From contig NC_043018.1 in the NCBI RefSeq assembly GCF_006345805.1, positions 22,754,001 to 22,818,000 of the forward strand: a stretch of 64,000 nucleotides of DNA, given 5' to 3'. Positions within the stretch are counted from its first letter, which is position 1; each line of letters begins with the position of its first letter. The position numbers and the translations under genes were made by a program. This stretch comes from Octopus sinensis (lineage: Eukaryota). This document shows, one piece after another, positions 1 to 12,284 of the stretch. Below the pieces are notes generated by a model, which worked only from the letters and a program-made list of their open reading frames with translations, was not told the DNA's origin and made no database searches.

Positions 1-142
1 TCGTCTGACCTCGTAGGTTTTGCTTTTTGCCCTACAGAATATTCGATGATACCACCTTCCTTACCAAACCTGACTTGATAGAGTTTCCAGTTTAGTCGCC
101 GACTGCCCGACCATGCAACGAGGTAACCCCCACACACACATG

Positions 143-928
143 TACATACATACATACATACATACATACATACATACATACATACATACATACATACATA
201 CATACGTACGTACATACATACATACATACATACATACATACGTACATACGTACATACATACATACATACATACATACGTACATACATACATACATACATA
301 CGTACATACATACATACATACATACATACATACATACGTACATACATACATACATACATACATAATACATACATACGTACGTACGTACGTACGTACATAC
401 ATACATACATACATACGTACATACATACATACATACATACATACATACATACATACATACATACACACATACATACATACATACATACATACATACATAC
501 ATACATACATACGTACATACATACATACGTACATACATACATACATACATACATACATACATACATACATACGTACGTACGTACATACATACATACATAC
601 ATACATACATACATACATACATACATACATACATACGTACGTACATACATACATACGTACGTACGTACGTACATACATACATACATACATACATACATAC
701 TACTACATACATACATACTACATACATACATACTACATACATACATACGTACATACATACATACATACATACATACATCATACATACATACGTACATACA
801 TACATACATACATACATACATACATACATACATACATACATACATACATACGTACATACATACATACATACGTACATACATACATACACATACATACATA
901 CATACATACATACATACATACATACATA
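143..928. repeat. (CATA)n microsatellite array with CGTA variant units
   Basis: About 790 bp of near-continuous TACA/CATA; explains the YVCM/IHTY ORFs at 61-1060. Confidence 0.98.
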
Positions 929-1146
929 CGAAGGGGTGCTGAAAAGTTCCTGGTTTTGGATAAAAGAAAAATACAGGAGCATCAGTTAATTATGATTTTA
1001 TTCACCATATTCCCCTCTCAGATTCACACATTTATTGCAGCAGTCCTTCAGTTTTTCTAAGCCCTATAAAAGAACTCGGAAAGCTGGGCATCCGACCCGG
1101 CCTTTCGCGACACCCTTAAAACCAGGAACATTTCAGTACACTCTCG
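929..1146 (-). mobile_element. Mariner-derived MITE / internally deleted mariner
   Basis: TIRs CGAAGGGGTGCTGAAAAGTTCCTGGTTT and AAACCAGGAACATTTCAGTACACTCTCG, flanked by TA on both sides (927-928, 1147-1148). The minus strand encodes a degenerate mariner C-terminus (GLRK-LKDCCNKCVNLRGEYGE*). Confidence 0.85.
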
Positions 1147-1472
1147 TACACACACACGTGTGTGTGTGTGTGTTTGTGTGTGTAAATTATACATACGTGG
1201 AAACAACTTTTTCTTTTACGTTCTAGTTTTAAGGGGATGGGGTGTCAATTTTGTTATTGGTTTGTTTTTCTTTATATTCTCATATTTTTGTGTGAGTTCC
1301 TTGCAGTTTGCTCAGAACAGTAAGGTTTCCAAAACCACTGTCAATGTATCTAGACCTTCACAGCCTCATCTTCAGGAAGAGGTGCTGTTGGTGTAAGTTA
1401 CTCCCCCTTTTCTTATATACTAGACAGCTCCAAACTAAACTGACACTCCGTCTGTTATGGCGACGAACGTTC

Positions 1473-1762
1473 CATTTGATCCGACCAGCGGAACAAGCTG
1501 CTCATGAAATAACATGCAAGTGGCTGAGCACTCCACAGACACGCGCACTCTTAACGTAATTCTCAAGGAGATTCAGCATGACACAGAATGTGACAAGGCC
1601 GATCCTTTTGAAATACAGCTACAACTCATTTTTGCCAGCTGAGTGGACTGGAGCAACGTGAAATAAAAAGTTTTACTCAAAGACACAACTCGCTGCTGGG
1701 AATCGAACCCACAGCCTTACGATCGTGAACCGAACCTCCTAACCACTAAGCCATGCGCTTTC
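1473..1762 (-). mobile_element. tRNA-derived SINE (family B-related body, family E-like head)
   Basis: Shares the central GTGGCTGAGCACTCCACAGACACG block with 2757-3140; tRNA-like head with B box at the 1700-1760 end. Confidence 0.75.
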
Positions 1763-2089
1763 ATTCTAGTCAGCGCTATGACGATTGATGTAAGCGTTAC
1801 CACCAGATTTTGAATTTCCACCGTTATGACCCGTGCGTGTGTCTTTGTAAATAACGTATATTATTTATGTTTCTTTTTATTTTTTGATGTTGTGCTCTGC
1901 TTCCATTATTTATTGTCAGGTTTTGTGAAGAATTCTGCAGACTGTTGATGTGTTGTCCACTAACGTTTTTCTTATCCCGTTTTATTGTGTACGGCGTAGG
2001 CGTAGCTGTGTGGTTGAGAAGCTTGCTTCCCAATTATATGGTCCTGGGGTCAGTCTCACAGCTCAGCACCTCGGCCAAGTGTCTGGGAG

Positions 2090-2342
2090 AATGTGTTTAT
2101 AAAACATACTGGGAGAATGTGTTTATAAAACATCTTTTTTTCTTGGCTATATTGAGAGAATTCTATAGTTTGTAAGATATTTGTTGGGTTTTTTTCTTGC
2201 ATTTCTGTAATTTCAACCAATCAATGACGTCTATTGAGGTAAAAAACATTCTGTGCCGTATGAATATTTCCTCGTTTAAGAAACAGATTGGATTTATTTA
2301 CATTTCTGAAGAAAAAAAAGATACCCTTCTCCCTAACCCTTC
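2090..2342 (+). mobile_element. Internal fragment of the GGGATC-TIR MITE family
   Basis: Colinear with 5410-5640 and 28040-28270; lacks both TIRs. Confidence 0.8.
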
Positions 2343-2756
2343 TACTATATATCCGAGCCGAACCGAAAGAAACCCGTCGTACATGTGTGTGTGTGTGGTG
2401 TATGTGTATGGGGGATACATGTGGGGGTGTGTATGTGGGGGTGTTTGTGTGTGGGTTGGTGAGTTTCTGTGCGTGTGTATCCTTGACTAGACATCACCTG
2501 ATGATTGTAAATGAGCGCCATCGTCTTACAACCGAGGTTGTTAGTTTCCATATCTAGCTATGGGAAAACACTACCTTGCTTGGAAACAGGTGAGGGCTGA
2601 TGACAGGAGGGGCGCCTGGCAGCAGAAAATCTGCCTCGACAAAATCTATTTGACCCATGCAAGCATAGAAAAGTGGGCGCTAAATGACGATGAAGATGGT
2701 AGTAGTAGCGTGGGCGGGGATGATAGTATAGCGCTGGGTTGTCCTAAATACATGGA

Positions 2757-3140
2757 TGGAAGCACTCCGTGGGTTACGACGACGAGGGCTCCGGTTGATC
2801 CGATCAACGGAACAGCCTGCTCGTGAAATTAACGTGTAAGTGGCTGAGCACTCCACAGACACGTGTACACTTAACGTAGTTCTCGGGGATATTCAGCGTG
2901 ACACAGAGAGTGACAAGGCCGGCCCTTTGAAATACAGGTACGACAGAAACAGGAAGTAAGAGTGAGAGAAAGTTGTGGTGAAAGAGTACAGCAGGGATCA
3001 CCACCATCCCTGCCGGAGCCTCGTGGAGCTTTAGGTGGTTTCGCTCAATAAAAACTCACAACGCCCGGTCTGGGAATCGAAACCGCGATCCTACGACCGC
3101 GAGTCCGCTGCCCTAACCACTGGGCCATTGCGCCTCCACC
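2757..3140 (-). mobile_element. tRNA-derived SINE, family B, full length
   Basis: Reverse complement begins GGTGGAGGCGCAATGGCCCAGTGGTTAGGG (A box) then GTTTCGATTCC (B box); colinear with 29713-30089 and 30249-30626. Confidence 0.9.
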
Positions 3141-3452
3141 ATAAATACATAGTAAACGAGTGTAAGCGTGACGTACATGTATGGCCAAAACAATATTGGT
3201 ATTGAGAACTTCCACGTTAGTAACGAAACTTATAAATCCTGTTATGAATCATGAAAAGCTTTAAATGCCTGTAGCTTTGTTAATCCTTTGCCTGTCTTGT
3301 ATAAAACGTGAAACGCATGACATATTTCCTTGGCGCCTGGGCTCCGTATATGATACACGTTCCCAAACAGCACTTAATATTTTCAGGCATCAGTTGTACC
3401 CGTGATTTCCAGCTTTCGTATTCTATGCAGGTTGGAAGGTTTCTATATAAAA

Positions 3453-3841
3453 CTAGCAGTATCGCCCGGCGTTGCTGGGTTTGTAAGAGAAATAACTATA
3501 TAAGCATTTTTAGAGATGTATAATAGCAATCTCAATATGGCTAACCACAAAGGTGGGGTGTTACTGTAGCTTTTTACGTTCTGAGATTTAATAAATTTTT
3601 AGAGAGTTACTTCCCTTATATATGCAAAAAAAATGTATTAAAAATGGGAAAAAATGATGGTAATTTTTTTTTTTAATCGTAGACTCATCGTAGACGCGCG
3701 CTAATACCCAGAAGGGCCCGATATGAATCACGACTATAAGATACCCGGTTTTGGTTAAACTGCACCGCAAAATGTGGGAGTAGTTTGGAATCTAAATCGT
3801 AGGAGACAGACAGCACACAACCTCTCTTTTATATATAAAGA
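3453..3841 (-). mobile_element. Non-autonomous Helitron
   Basis: Minus strand starts TC, ends CTAG with a GC-rich subterminal hairpin, sits between host A and T, no TSD; homologous to 10936, 13679 and 19389 copies. Confidence 0.88.
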
Positions 3842-4687
3842 TTTCATAATAAAAAAACATTTTCCTTAAAGTTATAAGGGAAAAACTCGGATCTTGGGAA
3901 TTTTCCGAAGTCCTCCCCACACCGTTGATTTCTACGCATTTTTTTTTTTTTCATATTCGTTTCTTACACGTTTTTTTTTTTTTTGCGTCCGTTGCGCTAT
4001 TTTATTCATTTTATTTTGTTTTCGGATAATATTGTAAACATTAACCAAATTTTGAATAATAAAAATTGAATCTTACAAGGGGGCATCAGGATTTTAGAAC
4101 TGACTCGGTGGGGCATGGCCGAAAATCGGTTGGGATATCACCGAGTTGTAAACCCACGATTAAAAAAGGGACCGAAATACATTCGAAGGGAAATAACTTT
4201 GGTGAGATTACTTTTTTTTTTGTTTTCACTTTCTACCTTCGCATTTTTTTTTTTTAACTTTAAAATTAATATATCAAGTGACGGGAGTATTCCTACTGTG
4301 TGCTGACATCAGATAGCCAATAACTGTGGATGAGCTTTGCCCGAATTTTATTCAACTTTGTGTGTGTGTGTGTGTGTGGTCAAACGAACACTGAGCAAAG
4401 TCGAACGAAAGAAAGAATTTTCATCGGTAAGCAGTCCTCCTCCTCCCTTTCTTCTGTCCACCATCCAATGTCTTAATGCAGCAAACAACCGGTGCCCAGG
4501 TAAAAAGTAACAGACTTAATCACGAAGCTTCGCAGATAATTTTCTTCAAAAAGAAGTCAAATTCGTTTCAAATCAAGAGGCATAACTGTAGATTACAAAC
4601 AATACATCTCAGTTATCTCCCTTCACACGTAATTGGGAAGTCCTTTTACTTTTTTTTTTTTTTTGCTACGTTAAAGGGATAAATAAT

Positions 4688-4967
4688 AATAATGAAATTA
4701 TTGTATACAGTGCTCAGGTGCACCAGAACTTGTCAGAAGGTGCGTATAAAGCATATGCAGTAATGTAGAAATGTCTGGAAAGCGAACAATGTATGAGTCA
4801 GATACATGCTTGTGTGTGTATGGAGGAGAGAAAATCAGGTGTAGTGTTGGCGAATCTCAGGAAGCATGGAAGTTTTGAAGGATGCAGTGCTCCGACAACT
4901 AACAACTGATGCCGGCAGTTTGTTCCATGCTTCAGCAACTCTCGGCGTGAAAAAATGTTTCCTAAAG
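4688..4967 (-). mobile_element. CR1-type LINE 3' end
   Basis: Minus strand reads FRKHFFTPRVAEAWNKLPASVVSCRSTASFKTSMLPEIRQHYT*, then 3' UTR and ATT tail; matches 45452-46078 and 59320-59722. Confidence 0.85.
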
Positions 4968-5002
4968 AATTAAATCAAATTAAACCTCCGCCAAGGCAGC
5001 AC

Positions 5003-5305
5003 CAACGTCCTCTCAACGATTAACTGGAGATGATTTTTAGAATGAGGATATCTGAAATAAACTCGACTGCTCTCACAAACGAGAATACTAAAAATGAACC
5101 CGACCGCTTTGAAAAATTAAGAAAAAAAGCAGAGAAAATAATCAAGAATCCTTGTCCAGTACCGGATTGATAATAAAATCTGATCAGTTTGTGCCAGTCA
5201 CGAGGCCAAACATCCCTGAAAGTTTCATCCAAACTCATCCAGTGGTTCTTGAGATATCTTGTCCACGGACGCAACGGAAAACAAAACCTCCGCTTTAGCA
5301 GAATT
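5003..5305 (+). repeat. Interspersed repeat, class unknown
   Basis: Colinear second copy at 37884-38203; no terminal motifs or coding signature recognised. Confidence 0.75.
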
Positions 5306-5335
5306 AGAGATCGATAAAAAAAAAAAAAAAAAGCA

Positions 5336-5755
5336 GGGATCTTTTCGGTTTGAACGGCAGTTTTTAAATAATTTCCACGTAACTAAATACTTTTAAACTT
5401 CGTATACTGGTAGAATGTGTTTATGAAACATCTTTTTCTCTTGGCTTTATTGAGAAAATCCTATAGTTTGTAAGATATTTGTTGTTTCTTTTCTTCAATT
5501 TCTGCAATTTCAACTAATCAATGACGTCTATTGAGATAAAAAAAAACATTATGTGCCGTATGAATATTTCCTCGTTTAAGGAACAGATTGGATTTATTTA
5601 CATTTCTGAAGAAAAAAAGATACCCTTCCCCCCACCCCTAACCCTAACCGCAAAACAGATTGAAATGCAATAGATCGATACTAGGGTCATAATTATGGGT
5701 GACAATTTCATATGACACCGCTAGAAAAAACTGCCGTTCAAACCGGATAGATCCC
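5336..5755 (+). mobile_element. MITE with GGGATCTTTTCGGTTTGAACGGCAGTTTT TIRs
   Basis: About 29-bp imperfect TIRs at both ends; second full copy at 27963-28372; contains internal CCCTAACCCTAACC. No clear TSD, so superfamily is unassigned. Confidence 0.85.
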
Positions 5756-6159
5756 AAAAACAGTTCTTTAAAAGCGAAGGGGATTGTCCAAATCTGGTCG
5801 ATCATTCATTAAATTAACTTGTGGTATTTAGTTGGGTCCATTTAGCTTCGGGGTTCCAACAGCACCGATGTTAGTCTTGATCTTGTTTGTTGTTGTTTTT
5901 TATTCTTTTTCTTTTACTTCTCTCGGTAATTAGATTGCGGTCATGCTGGGGCACCGCCATGAAGCATTTTAGTCGAATGAAATCACCGCAGTTTTTTTTT
6001 TAAAGCCTAGTACTTCTTCTATCGGTTTGATTTGCCGACTTGCTAAGTTTCGGGGACATAAATACACTGACACTGATTATCTAGTAGTTGGGGAGAGAAA
6101 ACACACACGCACGCACGCACACACATAAATATGTGTGTGTGTGTGTGTACGTACGTAGG

Positions 6160-6427
6160 GTAAGGGGGAGGTTTAGGGTTAGTTACAGAATGTTGTCTCA
6201 GTTTTAGACGCAGCAAATGATTTTAGTTGAATGGAGGTAATCGATCGGTTAAAATTGCCGAAATGCTCGGATTTTCAGACGAAATATCTTACAAACTTTA
6301 GAATTTTCTCAATAAAGCCAAGAAAAAATGATGAATTATAAACACATTCTACCAGTATACGAAGTTTAACAGTGTTAAGTTAACTAGAAATTGTGTTGAC
6401 ATCTGCCGTTCAAAAGGAAAAGATCCA
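6160..6427 (-). mobile_element. Diverged partial copy of the GGGATC-TIR MITE
   Basis: Ends in CTGCCGTTCAAAAGGAAAAGATCC (TIR); reverse complement of 5340-5480. Confidence 0.7.
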
Positions 6428-6991
6428 TCCATCAATCAATCAATCATTTATCGACCGAAAAATACTGATCCTACCTACTTTCAGGTATTTTCATGTACGT
6501 GTATATGAAATGGGCATGTGTGTGAAAGAGAGAGAGAGAGAGAAAAAAAAAGGAGAGAAAGAGAGAGAGTGAGTGAAGGAGTATGTTGTCATGTATATGT
6601 ACATACATCAATACATATGCGTGCATCTTTTTTGTATGTACGCGTGTATGTATGTGTGTGTGTAAGAGAGAGATAGAGTGAGTGTGTTTTTATGTAGGTG
6701 TAAATGGTAAATGGTAATTGGCACTCTCTCTCTCTCTCTCCCTCTCTCCCTCTCTCTCTCTCTCTCTCACACACACACAGACGTCCGTTTCATATACACA
6801 TTCATACATCTTTCACTTTCTCTTCTCTTTCACTTAAAAAATAAGTAAATAAACAAACGAAAATTACGGAAATTAACAAATGAAATCAGCTCATCTGGAT
6901 GACAGTTCTGAGAGTCAAAGCGAAATATCGCCCCAACGGTATACTATTGCAAAGCGTTTTAAGAGTGCATTCAACGTATCTCAGATCCAAG

Positions 6992-7118
6992 GATTTGGCT
7001 GCTATTTCTAGCACGTCCTGCTACCACCCACGTAACAGGGCGTTTTTTTTTTTTGCGATAAAGGACTCGAAATGCCTGTTACGTGGTAGTAGGGCGTGCA
7101 AGAAATAGCAGCCAAATC
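6992..7118. repeat. Imperfect inverted repeat (about 45-bp arms)
   Basis: GATTTGGCTGCTATTTCTAGCACG...CACGTAACAGG pairs with CCTGTTACGTG...CGTGCAAGAAATAGCAGCCAAATC. Confidence 0.8.
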
Positions 7119-7292
7119 TTTCCTACTCTGGGGAAAAGGTGCCGTTTCCGCGTGATTTCTTTGTCATATTTGTTGAAAGCATGCAAAATAACCTGGAAAA
7201 GAAAAAAAAAACATGAAACAAAACTCCGTTGCTAGGAAACTCAGACTTTCCCGGTGACCCAACGGGTCACGAGTAATCTAGTGTGTGTGTGT

Positions 7293-7326
<34 letters not shown>

Positions 7327-7357
7327 CGTGTATGTATGTATGTATGTATGTATGTAT

Positions 7358-7509
7358 GTATTCGACGGTCTTCTTTCAGTTTCCATTTACCAAGGCTTTG
7401 GTCAGCTAGAGTCTTTAGTAGAAGACACTTGACCAAGGTACCACGCAGTGGGACCGAACCTGAAACCATGTAGGTGAAAAGCAAGCTTCTTGCCACACAA
7501 CCACTCCTA
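7358..7509 (-). mobile_element. tRNA-derived SINE, family A, 5' half
   Basis: Reverse complement of the AGGAGTGG(C/T)TGTGTGG...GGAAACTGAAAGAAG head seen in 24559-24964. Confidence 0.8.
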
Positions 7510-7569
7510 CTGAGTCGATGAAATAAAATACCAGTTATATATTGAGTTCCGTTTCAGAGATTTTTTAAT

Positions 7570-8277
7570 AAATTTTTATATTAACACCCGCATAATTTTC
7601 AATAAGGAAAAAAAAAAACGGATTTTTTGCGTGGAATCAAGTACCCTGACCTCCTAATACGCTGCAAATCCCTTATTTTGGTTCGGAAAAAAAGGTGAGG
7701 GGCGAGGTGGAAATATTTAATAACGAACCATATAATTCACACTCTGGAAAATGTTTTTTTTAAACACACAAGATATAGTCTATGAATTTAGGGTGTTTTT
7801 GAAAGATACTATATTTTATCATCAGAAAATATATATACTTTCTCACACAACAATTAAGATATATTTATTTTAAATCGTTCAACCTTCTCCCCCACCTCCC
7901 TCCCATACACACACAAAAATTAGTTTGGGCGCAATTTTTATTTTAACAAATTTATGGTCCTTAGTGAAAAATCGTGCGGGTGGAAAAAGATCAATAGGGC
8001 TGGGAGTGAAATTTCCAAGGCTTCCACCTCACCTCACCCCATTTTTCCGGACCCCCAAAAAGGGTTTTGTCGCATATTAGGAGGTCACAGGAATTCATTT
8101 AAACGAAAAAAAAATAATAATGAATTTCCAATGATTCCGGGATGGGAGGGTCCCCCTTTTTTCAGAACCAAAATAATGGATATCAGGAGGTCAGGGTACC
8201 TGATTCCACGCAAAAATCCGAGTTCTTTGGGGACTTTTTTCTTAGTGGAACTCGTGCGGATGTTAATATAAAAATTT
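7570..8277. mobile_element. Degenerate fold-back/MITE with about 90-bp imperfect TIRs
   Basis: AAATTTTTATATTAACACCCGCA...CGGATTTTTTGCGTGGAATCAAGTACCCTGACCTCCT is mirrored by AGGAGGTCAGGGTACCTGATTCCACGCAAAAATCCG...TGCGGATGTTAATATAAAAATTT. Confidence 0.6.
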
Positions 8278-8854
8278 ACCGATTTTTTCCCCCCTATCGC
8301 ATCTCACCTCAAAGAAATCTTTATTTTCTAAGAACAACACGTGATATTTATGTTGTTTAGCCCCAAGTCAGACGTGAATCCAGTTAACTTATGCTCAAAG
8401 GTGTTACAAATCAAAGACATCAAGTCTTTTGCCCAGATATTGTGCTTCAGGCATTTCGTAGTAAGTAGGCTGATAGAATCGTCTGGACGTCTTGAAAATG
8501 TTTCGCAGTATTTGTTCCAGCATTTTACCTTCTGAGTTCAAATTCCACCGAGGTCGACTTAGTTGTTCATCAATTCGCAATCGATAAAATAAAGTACCAA
8601 GCGAGGTACTATCGATTTACTACCACCCTCTTCCCTTCAAAATTTGCTGGCCTTGTGCCTATATTTGAAACAATTCTTTTAAGTCATTTGACTGATTTTT
8701 TTAGTTTTTAAAGTTTGTTTCTTTTTAAGGTAGTATGGTTGTTTTAAACTTGAGGGATATTTGGCTGATACTTCTGGCAAATGTGTGACCACCTGGTGGT
8801 CCTCTCGTTGCCTCGACAAGACCAGAACAACCTTTTGCGAGAAGCAGGCATTAA

Positions 8855-8899
<45 letters not shown>

Positions 8900-9011
8900 A
8901 TATATATATATATATATATATATATCTATATATATATATATATATATAATATATATATATATACTAGAAAAAAAAATATATATATATATTAAATTAGAGA
9001 TAAAACTACTA

Positions 9012-9183
9012 TTATATATATATAATAACAAAGGGTAAAATTAATTAATTAAGAAGTAATCAATAATTTCACACGGAGATTCCCTTTTTAAAGTAAGTAG
9101 AAGAAATAGCTAAGGTTTTTTGACTGCTATTTCTAAACTTCAGTATGTGGTAAAGCAAATCTTTGCTGAACCCTAATTATAAA

Positions 9184-9230
<47 letters not shown>

Positions 9231-9691
9231 CATATATATATGAGAAATATTGAATTTCTAAATCTCTCGTAGAGACCTGTACGGTGGTGGGGCGCTAGAA
9301 TGGTTGTATACTGTCAATCTAACAAGAACGTGACAGTAGGGGGTACACCACCGTTGTATAGCCCTAAAAAATGTGTCGAAGCTGTCAGGAGGCGTTCGAT
9401 GCCTCCTAGGGCTATACAACGGTGGTGTACCCCCTACTGTCACGTTCTTGTTAGATTGACAGTATACAACCATTCTATATATATATATATATATCATATA
9501 TATATATATATGTATATATATATACTATATATATATAATAACAAAGGGTAAAATTAATTAATTAAGAAGTAATCAATAATTTCACACGGAGATTCCCTTT
9601 TTAAAGTAGAAGAAATAGCTAAGGTTTTTTGACTGCTATTTCTAAACTTCAGTATGTGGTAAAGCAAATCTTTGCTGAACCCTAATTATAA

Positions 9692-9748
<57 letters not shown>

Positions 9749-9984
9749 TATATGAGAAATATTGAATTTCTAAATCTCTCGTAGAGACCTGTACGGTGGT
9801 GGGGCGATAGAATGGTTGTATACTGTCAATCTAACAAGAACGTGACAGTAGGGGGTACACCACCGTTGTATAGCCCTAAAAAATGTGTCGAAGCTGTCAG
9901 GAGGCGTTCGATGCCTCCTAGGCTATACAACGGTGGTGTACCCCCTACTGTCACGTTCTTGTTAGATTGACAGTATACAACCAT

Positions 9985-9990
<6 letters not shown>
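9012..9990. repeat. Tandem duplication of a ~512-bp unit, each unit containing a 71-bp-arm hairpin
   Basis: ATAACAAAGGG at 9025 and 9538; hairpin arms 9296-9366/9407-9477 repeated at 9808-9988; units bounded by (TA)n. Confidence 0.95.
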
Positions 9991-10035
<45 letters not shown>

Positions 10036-10048
10036 ATATATATATATT

Positions 10049-10169
<121 letters not shown>

Positions 10170-10179
10170 CTATATATAT

Positions 10180-10345
10180 ACAACTGCAGCAACACTCCAC
10201 ACGTACCCATCGATGTTCGTGTGCAGCAACTGTACCAAGGACTGCCACTCTAGAATTGGACTGTTCAGTCACAGCAGACGCTGCACATCATCAAAGTAGG
10301 CCCCACCCGTGGCGCAACCCATTGTCTATCAAGACAGACGGGGAT
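10180..10345 (+). mobile_element. RTE-clade LINE 3' end (zinc-finger-like C-terminus)
   Basis: Translates [27 protein letters not shown] (stop 10297-10299), followed by a short 3' UTR; embedded in (TA)n. Confidence 0.75.
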
Positions 10346-10367
10346 AAAGAATACATATATATATATA

Positions 10368-10402
<35 letters not shown>

Positions 10403-10430
10403 ATATATATATATATATAATAATATATAT

Positions 10431-10497
<67 letters not shown>

Positions 10498-10935
10498 GTG
10501 TGTGTGTGTACACATGTATATATGCACATAAATACAGACAGACGTTTATCTTGCTAGCATACATGGTGGCGTGAACACACTACCTGCCCACACATGCATC
10601 TATAGATAACAATAGGACAACCTCCTGTCGGTCGTGTGATATGTTCTCAGCAGCAGACAAATATCAGCCTACTTACACGTGACCATCTTGAAATTTTTTT
10701 TTTTTAATTATGAAAATGAAAGAACACATTCGATAATATATTTCGTGATATGCAAAAGGACAGCACGGTCATGAGTTGAACACTTTCACCGCAGGACTGC
10801 TCAATGAGAGCCGACCGAGTGCTGGCAGAGTGAAGCAGTCAAGATGACATTGCTGGCTATTGTTATGTGATTAGAGAAAATGGCGATCTTTCGTTTTGTC
10901 ATATCGAAAGATCGCCGAAAAAATTCTATTCAAAA

Positions 10936-11331
10936 CTAGCAGTATCGCCCGGCGTAGCTCGGGTTTGTAAGGGAAATAACTATAGAAGCATTTTTAGAGA
11001 GTAATAGCCAAAAAATAGCAAAAAATGCATTAAAAATGGAAAAAAAATTATGGTAAATTTTTTTTTAAATCGTTGACTCATCGTAGACATTTTTAGAGAG
11101 TTACTTCCCTTTATAATAGCGAAAAAATGCATTAAAATGGAAAAAAATGATGGTAAATTATTTTTAAAATCGTAGACTCATCGTAGACGCGCGCTAATAC
11201 CCAGAAGGGCTCGATATGAATCACGACTATAAGATACCCGCTTTTGGTTACACTGCACCGCAAAATGTGGGAGTAGTTAGGAATCTAAATCGTAGGAGAC
11301 AGACACACAACTTCACTTTTATATATAAAGA
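10936..11331 (-). mobile_element. Non-autonomous Helitron with internal ~90-bp duplication
   Basis: TC...CTAG on minus strand, hairpin CCCGAGCTACGCCGGG, A|T target. Confidence 0.9.
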
Positions 11332-11471
11332 TATGAAATGGAATTACGGAGATGTACTTGTATAGCAAGTGATTTTATCTGAGATCGTGTGCTGAAACGA
11401 AAACAATTGCAACGTGGAAGGTGTTTTTAAGCCATTTAAGAAACACACAAAAGCCGTTCGATTCACTTCAA

Positions 11472-11621
11472 CATTTAAGTTTAATTTGTCAAAATATTTT
11501 CGTCGCTTTAAGACCGCGACCTGTTCACTGACAAAAATCCGAGATGCAGCACGGATTTTTGTCAGTGAACAGGTCGCGGTCTTAAAGCGACGAAAATATT
11601 TTGACAATTTAAACTTAGATG
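11472..11621. repeat. Near-perfect palindrome (70-bp arms, 10-bp loop)
   Basis: 11472-11541 vs 11552-11621, 2 mismatches. Confidence 0.95.
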
Positions 11622-11710
11622 AAAAGGAATATAATTTACAAAAGGAAAACAAACATACGAAAATGGCAGAAAGAAAATACCATAAATGCAGCACCAAGTG
11701 CCTCTATTGG

Positions 11711-12260
11711 TTACACGCCACAAGGTTCAATAGAACCTACTGAAGCAAGCCAGCATGGCATGCTCGTGGCATTACCACGGACGATGGCAAGGCTAAGGCG
11801 TTGGAAAAGCCAAAGACCCTCATGGCCATCACATGACATCTCGAAAAGGTGAGCTGCCAATAATGATAAGAACTTTGCCGTTAGTGGCCCAGTCCCTCCA
11901 AACTCCACAACCTGGAAGAGATAGTTCACGGCCGGGTCCCGATACTTCAGGGTCTTGTTCCGTTCGGCTACGCAAGCAGTGACCCTCCTATTTACCGCAG
12001 CATCCAAGATGTGGGAGAGAGCAAGAGTTACAGACTGTGGCGTCCCAGATGAGGCATCTATCTCTTACCCAGGGACAGAGGGTAAGACCATATGGTATCT
12101 TCCCATCACTTCTAGACAATCCTGCCGGCTCTAGAATTGAGGGGCCAGGGCATATTTAATGATTAAGTTTGGCTCGGTGTGACGAACGAAACGACCAGCA
12201 CTTAGGAAGCAAGACAGACCGTGAAGACCTGAGGGGTCGAGGGGCCTACGCCAGCGACAT
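11711..12260 (-). mobile_element. CRE-like non-LTR retrotransposon C-terminus (Zn knuckle + restriction-like endonuclease), frameshifted
   Basis: Minus strand: CRWRRPLDPSGLHGLSCFLSAGRFVRH..., PSILEPAGLSRSDGKIPYGLTLCPWVRDRCLIWDATV, then ORF 11711-12007 ...WLFQRLSLAIVRGNATS. Cut at its 5' side by a SINE at about 12285. Confidence 0.85.
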
Positions 12261-12284
12261 CTCAGTCCCCTACAGTTGTCAGCT

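Noticed and set aside
61-1060. Long ORFs of YVCM/IHTY repeats (also 25569-26335, 29064-29553, 30791-31391, 41748-42381)
   Set aside because: Translations of (CATA)n, (TA)n and (TG)n microsatellites; open in several frames on both strands.
2560-2826. 88-aa ORF MGKHYLAWKQ...
   Set aside because: Made of a repeat 3' tail (GGAAACAGGTGAGGG...AAATGACGATG) fused to the SINE B end.
5630-5650. CCCTAACCCTAACC telomere-like hexamers (also ~2333, ~6175, ~28260, ~37630)
   Set aside because: Only 2-3 units, mostly internal to one MITE family; not an interstitial telomere array.
10570-10860. Possible promoter (CACGTGACC E-box-like motif)
   Set aside because: Single short motif with no linked gene or transcription evidence.
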